Assembly: GCA_045805065.1 (NCBI GenBank)
Contig: JBJMMA010000051.1
Coordinates: 1 to 28,462 of the forward strand
DNA: 28,462 nucleotides
Reading direction: 5' to 3'
Source of the DNA: Bdellovibrionia bacterium
GTDB taxonomy: Bacteria; Bdellovibrionota; UBA1018
Part shown: positions 18,204-27,396 of the stretch, one piece after another
How the letters are laid out: every line of letters begins with the position of its first letter
Numbering within the stretch: position 1 is the first letter of the stretch
The notes under the pieces: model-generated
The model's input: only the letters and a program-made list of their open reading frames with translations
The model's database searches: none
What the model was told of the DNA's origin: nothing
Program-made: the position numbers and the translations under genes

Positions 18204-18346
18204 CTGTAGCGACGATATACCGAGTCGGTTGGACCTTTGAAAGCCTAAAAGGCCACACCCGAAATACCAAGCTTATCGCTCGATATTCCGGGTGCAGCCT
18301 CAGTGCAATGAGGAGATGAGCGCCTGATCAGGCGGGCACCCGAGGG

Positions 18347-19114
18347 TTAGTAGCTGCCTCCTGAAGTGGTGGTTCCTGCAGTTCCAGCGCTCTGCTGGAC
18401 GTTTGTGCCGCCAGCTACTCCAGCTGCTGAGCTAGGAGATGTGGCCGGAGAAATTCCACCTGCTACGCCTCCTCCAATAACTCCTCCTCCAATGATTCCT
18501 CCGCCTCCGATACCAGCTGATTGTGTCGGAGTTGCCGTTGGCGTAGCCGCGGTTCCAGCAGAGCTACCCACTTGCAGCGCGCCTGACATGCTGGCTGCTC
18601 CGTGAATTGCGCAGTGGTAGGCGATGATTCCCGAGACGCTTCCATCGAAGGTTCTGGTGTAGCTTTGTCCAGGCTGCAACGTGCCCGAGTCAAAGCTGCC
18701 ATCATCTGCGGTCACCGTATGTGGAGCGTTATCATTATTCACCCAGGTGACGGTCGTTCCCGCAGGAATGACAAGCGGGTTAACTCCGTAAGCGGCTGGG
18801 CCCATTCCAATAGAACCTTGTGGGATCGCTACCGTCACGCATTGTGGAACGGTTCCAGGTGATGCCGTGGACGTTGGTGTAGCTCCAGGTGAAGCGGTTG
18901 CTTCAGGCGACGCTGTTGCGCCAGGTGAGGCCGTCGCACCCGGAGACGCGGTTGCGCCAGGCGAACTCGACGTTAATGGGCAGGGATAAAGGACGCCAGG
19001 ACTTGCTGAAGCCCCTGGATTAGATGTGCCACCATTTTGTCCGTAAACTGCAATTGCGCCAAAGACGCTTAAGCTTGCGACTCCGGCTGCAAACAGCCCG
19101 AAAGCTTTTTTCAT
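18347..19114 (-). CDS. Exported cupredoxin (plastocyanin/azurin-like) protein with Ser/Thr/Pro/Gly-rich flanks, paralog A
   Basis: Signal peptide. GTTVTWVNNDNAPHTVT...FDSG.L.PG...YHCAIHGAASMSG supplies His, Cys, His and Met type-1 copper ligands. ATASPG repeats. Confidence 0.88.
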   Translation of the reverse strand: MKKAFGLFAAGVASLSVFGAIAVYGQNGGTSNPGASASPGVLYPCPLTSSSPGATASPGATASPGATASPEATASPGATPTSTASPGTVPQCVTVAIPQGSIGMGPAAYGVNPLVIPAGTTVTWVNNDNAPHTVTADDGSFDSGTLQPGQSYTRTFDGSVSGIIAYHCAIHGAASMSGALQVGSSAGTAATPTATPTQSAGIGGGGIIGGGVIGGGVAGGISPATSPSSAAGVAGGTNVQQSAGTAGTTTSGGSY

Positions 19115-19190
19115 GGGTTGTCTCCTTCTCGATTCTCAAGAGTAATGACCGGTTCGCCAGTCCAACTTTGTCGACGTTTTATGCTCGGAA

Positions 19191-19206
19191 TGCATCGAAG
19201 GTTCCA
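19191..19206 (-). promoter_or_regulatory. Putative sigma54 (-24/-12) promoter of cupredoxin A
   Basis: TGGAACCTTCGATGCA (GG-N10-GC) on the minus strand, conserved at the same distance upstream of the paralog. Confidence 0.7.
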
Positions 19207-19302
19207 TGGCTGGGTGAGGCAAATCGGTAGGCTTTAAGATTTACGATGCGGTCCGGTTCTTCTGGTTCTATTGAAAGGGCGGCGTCTTGCGGAAAATGAA
19301 AA

Positions 19303-19355
19303 GGCCCGCTCATTTGCTCCTGTCACTACCACTGAGTGAAGCGAATGAACGGGCC
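19303..19355 (-). terminator. Stem-loop downstream of cupredoxin B
   Basis: GGCCCGCTCATTTGCT ... AGCGAATGAACGGGCC imperfect inverted repeat, followed by TTTTCATTTT on the minus strand. Confidence 0.6.
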
Positions 19356-19378
19356 GTACTTTTAAGACTTAAGCCGCA

Positions 19379-19999
19379 TTACCGGGTGTTGCTGGTGGTA
19401 TAACTATAAACTCCTCCACCCGTGCTTACTGGCACGGTACCACCGGCGATTCCTGCAGATTGAGAAGGTGAGGCCGAAGGCGAAGCACTCACTCCGGGCG
19501 ATGCTCCAGCGGCACCACCGACTTGCAGCGCGCCTGACATGCTGGCTGCTCCATGGATTGTGCAATGGTAAGGGATATTTCCTGAGACGCTTCCATCGAA
19601 AGTTCTCGTGTAGCTTTGTCCCGGCTGGAGCGTGCCTGAGTCAAAGCTTCCGTCATCTGCGGTCACCGTATGTGGAGCGTTGTCATTGTTCACCCAGGTG
19701 ACGGTCGTTCCCGCAGGAATGACAAGCGGGTTAACTCCGTAAGCAGCTGGGCCCATCCCAATTGCGCCTTGTGGGATCGCAACAGTCACGCATTGTGGTG
19801 TAGTGCCCGGAGATGCAGTCGCTCCGGGTGAAGCGGTCGCACCAGGCGAGCTTGTTGTGGCTGGGCAGGGATAAAGGACACCAGGACTTGCTGAAGCCCC
19901 AGGGTTAGATGAGCCTCCTCCTTGTCCGTAAACTGCGATTGCCCCGAAAATACTAAGACTTGTGACTCCGGCTGCGAACAGCCCGAAAGCTTTTTTCAT
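19379..19999 (-). CDS. Exported cupredoxin protein, paralog B (206 aa)
   Basis: Near-identical core to paralog A (YHCTIHGAASMSG). Start placed at ATG 19999 (MKKAFGLF) from the GGAGA RBS and alignment with the paralog. Confidence 0.88.
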   Translation of the reverse strand: MKKAFGLFAAGVTSLSIFGAIAVYGQGGGSSNPGASASPGVLYPCPATTSSPGATASPGATASPGTTPQCVTVAIPQGAIGMGPAAYGVNPLVIPAGTTVTWVNNDNAPHTVTADDGSFDSGTLQPGQSYTRTFDGSVSGNIPYHCTIHGAASMSGALQVGGAAGASPGVSASPSASPSQSAGIAGGTVPVSTGGGVYSYTTSNTR

Positions 20000-20075
20000 G
20001 GGTTCTCTCCTTCTCCATTGTGAAGAGTCAGAATTGGCTCGCTTGTACAAAGAAATCGACGATTTGAATGGGGGA

Positions 20076-20091
20076 TGCATCGAGGATTCCA
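20076..20091 (-). promoter_or_regulatory. Putative sigma54 promoter of cupredoxin B
   Basis: TGGAATCCTCGATGCA (GG-N10-GC), 77 nt from the ATG, the same as in paralog A. Confidence 0.7.
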
Positions 20092-20161
20092 TGGCGGGAA
20101 GAGTTAAGCTGACTTTTCGAAGCCGCTTCTTTTAAAAGTGATTCAGGAAGCTTAATTTCAG

Positions 20162-22438
20162 CTACCGAAGAAGCGTCTTTAATCTGGCTATGAGAGATGG
20201 AGCGCAATTGGCGCGGAGAGGAGATTGCAGTTTCATTCGTTCTTCGCGGACGATGTTGACCAAATTATTTACGAGCTTGTTAAACTGCTTTTCCTCTTTG
20301 ATTTTTTCAAGCCTGTCTTTGGCAGGTTTCATATCCTCCGGATCGGATAATACCATCGCAAGCAGCGCATCGCCCATTAGGAACGCAAGCTGGCTTTGGA
20401 ACATAAGTTGAGGCTCATTCCGAGTGACGAGAGCCACTGTTCCATGCAACGCGACCATGGCTAGCCGTGCACGAAGCGTTTTAAGTCGGAGCGCAATCTG
20501 TTCTTTGGTTAAGGCGGGGTCATTCATTACTTTCGATAAAAATGGTTCGATGGATTGGACTCGATCGGAACCTAAGTGAAGGAGACCTTCGGCGATATTC
20601 TTTAAGGCGAGTTCGCGCTGATGCTCAGAAAGAAGCTTGAGCGGTTGCACTGCGTCCGCGAATCTTTTCTGAAACGCAGTGACCTCAGCACGGTCCGGTT
20701 TTGGAGCTTCCGAAAGCAATTGAAGATCAATCATTAAAGAGTACAACTTCTCCTTCAATCCATCAGGAATGTAATGCGCATCTTTAAATGAATTTTCGAG
20801 TACGGAAAAAGGGATAAAATTATCAATGGTTGGGACATTGTTCCAAATTTCTCGAATTTCTTCTGGCGCGGAAACATTGAGTCGTACAGCTTGATTGAGC
20901 TGCTTCAGATCCTCAAACGTGGCTGCTTTTCTTGCGAGAGTAATGAGCTCGTTTAACGGGATCAGGTTTCGAGTGTGGCCTTTGGGATTAGATAAAACGG
21001 CGCTGTTTTTGACGACGTAAGCATGGGATACATAAGGGTAACATAGAATATCAGCATCAAAAGCATGAGCGAATTCCGAGTAGGGATCCTTGCCTGTTTC
21101 AAGCTTTTCGTAAAAACCTTTGAGTTGATGATTACTGCGACTTAGAAACTCTTTAAAAACGCGCGCCCCTTCTCCGCGGGTAACGTCGATGACTTTTGCC
21201 GTTGGTTTGACTTCAAACTCAACGACCCGGTCCACTGTTCCAGCAGATCTGATGGCAAGTGCCAAATTGTCGCGCCTGACTGAGTAAAGTCCTGAGCCTG
21301 CCGATCCAGCTTCTGACGGGAAAACTCCGCTGAATAGATTCGATCTGAAAAACTCTTCTGTTCTTGTCCCGTGATAGAGTTTTCCATCGGGAAATTCTTG
21401 CGAAGTGGGAGAATAAAGTTTTTCAGGATCGGTTTGATAATGCTTCATGTTCTCCGCGACAGTGGCAGGATCGCGATAGGTCGCAAAGAGGTATTGATTG
21501 ATGGGCGCGGCATCTTCGTATCGGTTAAGCACATTGTTCATGTCAAAGTGCTTGTACAGAAGGTAAGTGGCCGTGGGATTGATGTAGGAACGAAAACTTT
21601 TCGCTACAGTATCGTTAAAGTATTTCTTGAATTGTGGGTTGGCAAAATAAGGAGCTAGCTCATCCTTAGCCTGCGCGATGATCTTCTTCGCAGCCGTTTC
21701 GGACTCATGATCGAATGTGAAAGCATTTTTTGGATCAGGTCGATTCTGGCCGTAGCTGTTGTAATAATCGATTGAGAGAGTTCTTAAATATCTCAGCGCC
21801 AGCAGAATTTGATGATTTGCTTTTTGTTTTGCGTAATGGGTCGTTTCGAATACTTCTTTCGGAGTTACATGCAACGTGGGGCGACCATGAAAGATTTCGT
21901 CCATTCCGTCACCGAATGTCCTGTTTTGAATGATACCCTTTGATCCAATCCGAATTTTTTCAACGGGCAGGTAACCTTGATCGATCTCGCTCTTGCCCAT
22001 CGCGCTGGATGGATTAAATCGCTCGCTTTTGATGTAGTCAATCTTGGTTAGACCATAGATGTCTTTGTTGAGTGCAAGCTCTCGGTCACTCACGATGTCC
22101 ACATCCGAGTCCATGCTCAGAAATTCTTTCGGCTGAATGATCGCTCGGGAACGAAGCTCTTCGATCTTTTTCTTGGCCTGCTCGGGCGTATCGACGCCGA
22201 TGAACTGACGTTTTACCCAGTAGATGAAGTCGCGCGATGTGCCACCAAAGAATTCGGCCTGAGGATTTTCTTTCCAAGCGTCTTTGAAGAGAGACACCTT
22301 TTGACTCAGCTCGCCTGTCAAGGCGGAGAACTCCTCCTTCGACATGAGCTTGTCGGGAGATTGAGCAAAGGCGGATAGGGTAGTGAAAAGCCAAAGAAGA
22401 AGGGCTGATGCTCTAACTGTTCGTGCAATTTTCAGCAT
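20162..22438 (-). CDS. Exported protein: class II nucleotidyltransferase-like domain plus ADP-ribosyltransferase-like domain (758 aa)
   Basis: Sec signal (...TTLSAFA-QS) and GGAGGA RBS. EFFGGTSRD, DSDVDI and LLALRYLR are NTase-like. KLYHGT, AGSGLY, VVEFEV and AYVVKN resemble the PARP/ART core. Confidence 0.65.
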   Translation of the reverse strand: MLKIARTVRASALLLWLFTTLSAFAQSPDKLMSKEEFSALTGELSQKVSLFKDAWKENPQAEFFGGTSRDFIYWVKRQFIGVDTPEQAKKKIEELRSRAIIQPKEFLSMDSDVDIVSDRELALNKDIYGLTKIDYIKSERFNPSSAMGKSEIDQGYLPVEKIRIGSKGIIQNRTFGDGMDEIFHGRPTLHVTPKEVFETTHYAKQKANHQILLALRYLRTLSIDYYNSYGQNRPDPKNAFTFDHESETAAKKIIAQAKDELAPYFANPQFKKYFNDTVAKSFRSYINPTATYLLYKHFDMNNVLNRYEDAAPINQYLFATYRDPATVAENMKHYQTDPEKLYSPTSQEFPDGKLYHGTRTEEFFRSNLFSGVFPSEAGSAGSGLYSVRRDNLALAIRSAGTVDRVVEFEVKPTAKVIDVTRGEGARVFKEFLSRSNHQLKGFYEKLETGKDPYSEFAHAFDADILCYPYVSHAYVVKNSAVLSNPKGHTRNLIPLNELITLARKAATFEDLKQLNQAVRLNVSAPEEIREIWNNVPTIDNFIPFSVLENSFKDAHYIPDGLKEKLYSLMIDLQLLSEAPKPDRAEVTAFQKRFADAVQPLKLLSEHQRELALKNIAEGLLHLGSDRVQSIEPFLSKVMNDPALTKEQIALRLKTLRARLAMVALHGTVALVTRNEPQLMFQSQLAFLMGDALLAMVLSDPEDMKPAKDRLEKIKEEKQFNKLVNNLVNIVREERMKLQSPLRANCAPSLIARLKTLLR

Positions 22439-22469
22439 CGGACTTCCTCCGGCGGAAATGGCTTATGAG

Positions 22470-25400
22470 CTAGAATAACGACTCTTCGATATGGCGCTTA
22501 ATGCACTTGAGTTCCATTCTTGGATGAGCTGTGCCTTCCTTCACTTTGGACACCACGGCTGATTTGATTTCATCAAGCTCAGCGGTCGCGGCAGGATTGC
22601 CTTTGGCGCGAGTCATCGACTCGTCAAACGTTCTTGCAAGAAGACCGCTGGAGAGTTTCTTGGCTTGCTCAAAGTGAGGAGTGCCTTTCAATGCATCGAG
22701 CTCTTTTGCGATGGAGGCAGAGAGAGTTTCCATAAAGAGGCCATCTTTGCCTTTGTAGCCAAACTTATCGTAGTCGACCTTCTTGATCAAGGCGTCGAGG
22801 TCTTCCTTGGTCAGATAACGGTCCTTCATGACCTTATTGAAGACAGGCTCGAACTCTTTGGACTCGATGCCTTTATGGATCACTTCATCAGCCATGCTAT
22901 CCACGACTTTATCGATGATCTCGCTCGCGATCGCTTTCTCTTGAGCAGAGCTTCCTTCTCTCACGCCTGGGAACAGGCCGTTATTGATGAGCATGTTCTT
23001 CAATTTTTCAATTTTGCCTAAATCATCGGCTGCTTCTTTGCCTGCACCGCGAGCGCTACCGTCATTGCCACCGCCCGTGGCGTAGCTTCCGTGGTAGAAG
23101 ACTGCGCGATGGCCTGCGGAGAGCTCAACCATTCGCTTAAGAACACTCGAAAGGTTTTGCACATCGGCCACTTCTTGCGCCTTAGGACGGACATATCCTA
23201 AGTAACCTGGGCCTGGGATCAGGCTCACAAAGTCCGCGCCGTTCTGGCGATTGAGCATCGCATTGGTCATCCAGTGTCCGTAGACCTCGTGGACCGCGAC
23301 TTCATGCAGAAGCTCGGGCGTATACTTCATCTTCTCAACGGACTTGAGGTCATGAACGGAAGGAGTGCGGTTGATGCCATCCGCTGATGCATGCTTTTTG
23401 AATTCCCAGGTGCGTTTCTCGCCACCGCCGGGAAGTTTCTTGCCTTCAAGGATGACTTCCTCGCCATCGACGAACCATTGAGGATGCTCGCCATCCGGGA
23501 TCTTCATCTCAATCTTTTGGATGCGATGGCCCTTGATGCGTTGAATATCCGCCATCATGGTTTTAAGCGGGCGGAACATCATGGCATTGAAGCCCTCATC
23601 CACCTCGCGCATTCCAAGCTTCACCGTACTCAGGCGATTAACAACGGACTCCGTGGCGTTTTCTGGGATGATGATTTCAAGATTTGGATTGTTAGCAGCT
23701 TTTCTGATCTCATCGATGGCTTTCTTGATCTTGATGCCGCCAACTCCCAGCGATACTTCGCGAGGCTGTGGGCCCATGACATAGATGTGACCCAAGCGCG
23801 CAATCTTTGGAGCATCAAGACCTTGTCTTTCAAGGTTCTGGACGATTTCAGAGCGAGTGAGTTTTTCGCGAATCTTCTTCACCAAAGATTCAGTTTCTGG
23901 ATTGTCATCCAGCCCTGAGAACATCTCTTGAAGACTGTTGCCGGTGATGCCCACGACAAAGCCGCGAGCATCCTCGTATTTTCCGTTAATCTTGAGTTTC
24001 TGCTCGTCCAAGAGCTCATAGAGCTCTTGAAGGACAGCGATTTTTCCGCCTTTTTGGCCTTCGACTGACGTGCCTGAGCTCTTACCGATTTCAGACATCA
24101 ATTCGTCAAAGAGAATGATCCCGCCTCCAGCGGACTTGCGGCTCTTGAACCAGCGCTCAAAGTCGGTTTCTTTGTTTGATCCGGAGATACCCGTTGGAGG
24201 GCGAAGATAGTCACTCAAATCCCATGGATGATCGACGCCAGTGATTTTGAACATGGCCTTCTCGTCACCATAGAGAACTTTTGCCATGGCTTTGAAGGTT
24301 TCAGTTTTCCCGTTGCCGGAAGTGCCTAAGAGAGTGAAGACTGCTTTGTCGTTCCAATCGACGGATTTGCTCTTCAGCACGCTTGCCATATCGGCCAACA
24401 CGTCCTGGTTACCTTTGACATGTTTGCTCATCTCTTCCTGGAAATTATCAATCCGCTTCATCGTTACAGGATTGCTGCCCCAAGGATTCTTCTCTTCGTT
24501 GATCAGCGCACCCAGTGCGAATTTCTCAGATTTTCCGTCTGAGCTGTCCACGATCAGATTTTGAGCGGGAAGTTGACGGCCATCATACTCAATATGTGTA
24601 TCTTCGATATGCGCTTTAAACGTTTTTCCGCGATCACCAAAGTAAGGGGTGAGCTTGCTGAAGATCTTTTCCTGGAGCTGTTCTTCAGCGTAGCTGTAGC
24701 CTTTTTCAAACTGGTAGTGATCAATGTTCAGTGCTTTGTTCACTGCCTCGGGCGAGATTTCAAAATTCACGCCGTAGTCGAGCTTGGCATCTTTGATGAA
24801 CTTCTTAGCTTTGCGTTGAGCGGCTTCCATGACTTCCTCTTTGTTCGGAGGAAGGATGTAAATGCCTTTGTAACGCCGTTTTTGCTTATTGGCTTCTTGA
24901 GCAATGGAGCTTGTGTCGCCGCCTGGATTGCTCTTTTCTACGATCTCGCCAACATAGCGATCAAAGAGAGCCGACATTTGATCAGGCTTGACGCGCTCGA
25001 CAGGCTTGCCATCGATCAGTATTGTTTCAGTGAGATTAGCTCGGCGAGTATTGTATTGCTCCCAAGTCATCTTGTTGGCAGCGTTGGTCGGGATCATCAA
25101 ATCTTGGCCGATATTGGTATTCTGCCAAATGACAAACTTACTCGCATCGTATTCTTTGCCAAGACCATCGGTAAACTTCTTGTCCGTGATCATATTGGTC
25201 AAAAGCTGGACCACATCGTGATGAAGGTAGTCAGCCTCCTCGATTTTGATCACGCCGCCTGCCGGGTGCTCTTGGATGAATTTCGTAAGAATGGATCTTT
25301 GTTGCTCAGAGCCTACGGTTCCGACAGGGGAACCAATCAGTTTATTGAGCTCAAGACCGCCGTTCTTAAATTCGGCGCCGTTGATGGTCAGCATCGCGTT

Positions 25401-27254
25401 GTTAAAGAAATGCTTAGCCACCGACTCGGCCCCATAGCTCTTACCGCCCCCTGGAGGGCCGAAGGCCACAACGGCTGTCATCTTGCCCTTATGAGATGAG
25501 CCGAAGTGATCTTTTAAGATCTGCTTCATCTCAGTCATTGCTCCGTCGTTTCCGCCGTAGTCTTCGCGGAAGTCGGTCCACTGCTTATTGAAGTTATCGT
25601 TAAACTTTGGATCGCCTGGGATCAGGGGAGTCTTGAGCTTAGACGCGATATATTCGCGGACATCATCCGCAGTGAGATTGAAGTCGCCCTTTCTTCCCTG
25701 AGTAGCAAGCGCGTTCAGTTTGCGAGAAAGCGCGCCCTCAAGGAGTTCCTTGGTTCCGGTTGGATTTCCGGCGTGAGGCTGCTCAGAAGCTGCAAAGCGG
25801 TAAGCATAGTCAAAGGCGTCATCATCAATGCTCGAGAAACTGGCGCCATTCTTTTTATGGGCTTTCTGCCAAAGCGGAACGTTGCTTTGCTTGATGAGCT
25901 TGATCGTATCGTCACGGCCAAACTCTGGAACGTGAATTTCAGAGAAGCGGCGGCTGAACGCGCTGTCTTTGAAGAAGTCACGCGCTTCGGCTGACGTGGT
26001 TGAAAAGATCATATTGACCTTAGGGTCATCTCCCAATCCATGTTGCATCTCAGTGAGATAGCCCTTCAAGGCATTGCGGGTCATCGCAGTGGAAATGTGA
26101 GCTTCGTCGACATAGAGAATCACACGACGGTCCAAGGCTTTGGAAAGTGCCTTCGCATTGGCAACGACGTTTTTTGGCGCACTTGGGTCCGAAGGATTGG
26201 TCACTGTCGTGATAGGAAGCTCGAGGATGATAGGAGGCTTCTCGTCATGAATCCCTTGCGTTCCTTGAACAAACTTATCCGATAGTAGTTTTAAGATAGT
26301 AGTTTTACCGACGCCAGCTTTCCCGGTTAAAAGAACGTGGCCTTTTTCGACGCGCGTGAGGGCATCGATCATTTCTTGGGATTCGACCTCGCGGCCAAAG
26401 TATTTGATGAAGCTCTTATTTGGATCGTTATGAGTAGTGACGGATTTGTCGTAATGATTGCTTTCAGCGGAGTTGACGAACTTCATCAAATCATTAGCGT
26501 CGTCGCCGCTGACTTTTCCGGCTTTCACCTGCTCATCCAAAAGCTCGCGAACGGTCTTGTGCTTTTCGGCTGCAATCTGTCCGGTCGCGGTCAGCGCAGG
26601 GGGCCTTGCCGTGAAGGCCGGGCCGGCTGGAGCGCGCAATGTATCAGTAGCAACAGCCGATTTGAGGCTGTCATCGATCAAGTTAAACTGGGGAGGAAAG
26701 CCCACCTTGGTTTTTGTGCTTGGATCAGTGTGGTCGTACTTTTGAACAAACTCAGCAAACTGCTGCTTGCCTTGAGTGTCCAGGAGTCCGCGGTTAAGAA
26801 TCTCGCGGATCTCATATAGGCCCGTATCGCCGGTGCGATTGGCGAGATACCAACCGGTGCCGTCTCCGCGATTCGTTGCTCCACGACCTTTGTAAAGAAG
26901 CTCGAGCGCCGTAAGAACGGTAAGTCTTGCTTCCTCGGGTCGGTTGAAGGCTTTGCCCTGGGCTGAGTGAAGAATTGTTTCGAGACGATCGATCGCGGAG
27001 GTGACTTCGTGTGGATGCTGGATTTTGGGTAGCGCGACCCCGAAGCTGTTTTGGGGGAGTGTCGCTCTCAACTCATCTGTGATCTTTTTGATCGCGTCGA
27101 CGAGCTTTTGATTCTCGGCATCCTCAGTCGCGCTGACCGGATTCATCGCTCTGGCTGGCGTGATCCACAGCGGATTGAGACCGAGTCCCAACGAACTAAT
27201 GATAAGTGCGAGTACTACACCTTGCTTCACCTGTTTTGCGACACGGACGCTCAT
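22470..27254 (-). CDS. Large signal-peptide-bearing protein with three Clp-like AAA+ modules and a C-terminal M41/FtsH-like peptidase domain (1594 aa)
   Basis: Walker A/B pairs GKAGVGKT/LYVDEAH, GPPGGGKS/IKIEEAD and GTSGNGKT/ILFDEL. C-terminal VAVHEVYGH...VSLIP...LGYV...LSAGHRA...TGGGND parallels the FtsH protease domain. N-terminal hydrophobic stretch ends PARA-MNP. Confidence 0.75.
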   Translation of the reverse strand: MSVRVAKQVKQGVVLALIISSLGLGLNPLWITPARAMNPVSATEDAENQKLVDAIKKITDELRATLPQNSFGVALPKIQHPHEVTSAIDRLETILHSAQGKAFNRPEEARLTVLTALELLYKGRGATNRGDGTGWYLANRTGDTGLYEIREILNRGLLDTQGKQQFAEFVQKYDHTDPSTKTKVGFPPQFNLIDDSLKSAVATDTLRAPAGPAFTARPPALTATGQIAAEKHKTVRELLDEQVKAGKVSGDDANDLMKFVNSAESNHYDKSVTTHNDPNKSFIKYFGREVESQEMIDALTRVEKGHVLLTGKAGVGKTTILKLLSDKFVQGTQGIHDEKPPIILELPITTVTNPSDPSAPKNVVANAKALSKALDRRVILYVDEAHISTAMTRNALKGYLTEMQHGLGDDPKVNMIFSTTSAEARDFFKDSAFSRRFSEIHVPEFGRDDTIKLIKQSNVPLWQKAHKKNGASFSSIDDDAFDYAYRFAASEQPHAGNPTGTKELLEGALSRKLNALATQGRKGDFNLTADDVREYIASKLKTPLIPGDPKFNDNFNKQWTDFREDYGGNDGAMTEMKQILKDHFGSSHKGKMTAVVAFGPPGGGKSYGAESVAKHFFNNAMLTINGAEFKNGGLELNKLIGSPVGTVGSEQQRSILTKFIQEHPAGGVIKIEEADYLHHDVVQLLTNMITDKKFTDGLGKEYDASKFVIWQNTNIGQDLMIPTNAANKMTWEQYNTRRANLTETILIDGKPVERVKPDQMSALFDRYVGEIVEKSNPGGDTSSIAQEANKQKRRYKGIYILPPNKEEVMEAAQRKAKKFIKDAKLDYGVNFEISPEAVNKALNIDHYQFEKGYSYAEEQLQEKIFSKLTPYFGDRGKTFKAHIEDTHIEYDGRQLPAQNLIVDSSDGKSEKFALGALINEEKNPWGSNPVTMKRIDNFQEEMSKHVKGNQDVLADMASVLKSKSVDWNDKAVFTLLGTSGNGKTETFKAMAKVLYGDEKAMFKITGVDHPWDLSDYLRPPTGISGSNKETDFERWFKSRKSAGGGIILFDELMSEIGKSSGTSVEGQKGGKIAVLQELYELLDEQKLKINGKYEDARGFVVGITGNSLQEMFSGLDDNPETESLVKKIREKLTRSEIVQNLERQGLDAPKIARLGHIYVMGPQPREVSLGVGGIKIKKAIDEIRKAANNPNLEIIIPENATESVVNRLSTVKLGMREVDEGFNAMMFRPLKTMMADIQRIKGHRIQKIEMKIPDGEHPQWFVDGEEVILEGKKLPGGGEKRTWEFKKHASADGINRTPSVHDLKSVEKMKYTPELLHEVAVHEVYGHWMTNAMLNRQNGADFVSLIPGPGYLGYVRPKAQEVADVQNLSSVLKRMVELSAGHRAVFYHGSYATGGGNDGSARGAGKEAADDLGKIEKLKNMLINNGLFPGVREGSSAQEKAIASEIIDKVVDSMADEVIHKGIESKEFEPVFNKVMKDRYLTKEDLDALIKKVDYDKFGYKGKDGLFMETLSASIAKELDALKGTPHFEQAKKLSSGLLARTFDESMTRAKGNPAATAELDEIKSAVVSKVKEGTAHPRMELKCIKRHIEESLF

Positions 27255-27261
27255 GCAATAA

Positions 27262-27289
27262 CTATCGGAATTTTATATAAGATTCTTTA
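27262..27289 (-). promoter_or_regulatory. Putative sigma28 (FliA)-type promoter
   Basis: TAAA-N16-TCCGATAG on the minus strand, versus consensus TAAA-N15-GCCGATAA, ending 7 nt before the ATG. Confidence 0.5.
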
Positions 27290-27396
27290 GATCAACTAAA
27301 AAACGGTTAGGATTCTGCTGACTTAAATAATTAGGGTTCCCTCAATCGTTTAAACAGGCGATGCTGATAAGGGTCCACTAGGAAAGGATAGGGTGA

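Noticed and set aside
20000..20092. 31-aa N-terminal extension of cupredoxin B in the ORF track
   Set aside because: It overlaps the sigma54-like promoter. The RBS and the paralog support ATG 19999.
24561..25499. 312-aa plus-strand ORF inside the AAA+ gene
   Set aside because: Antisense shadow ORF.
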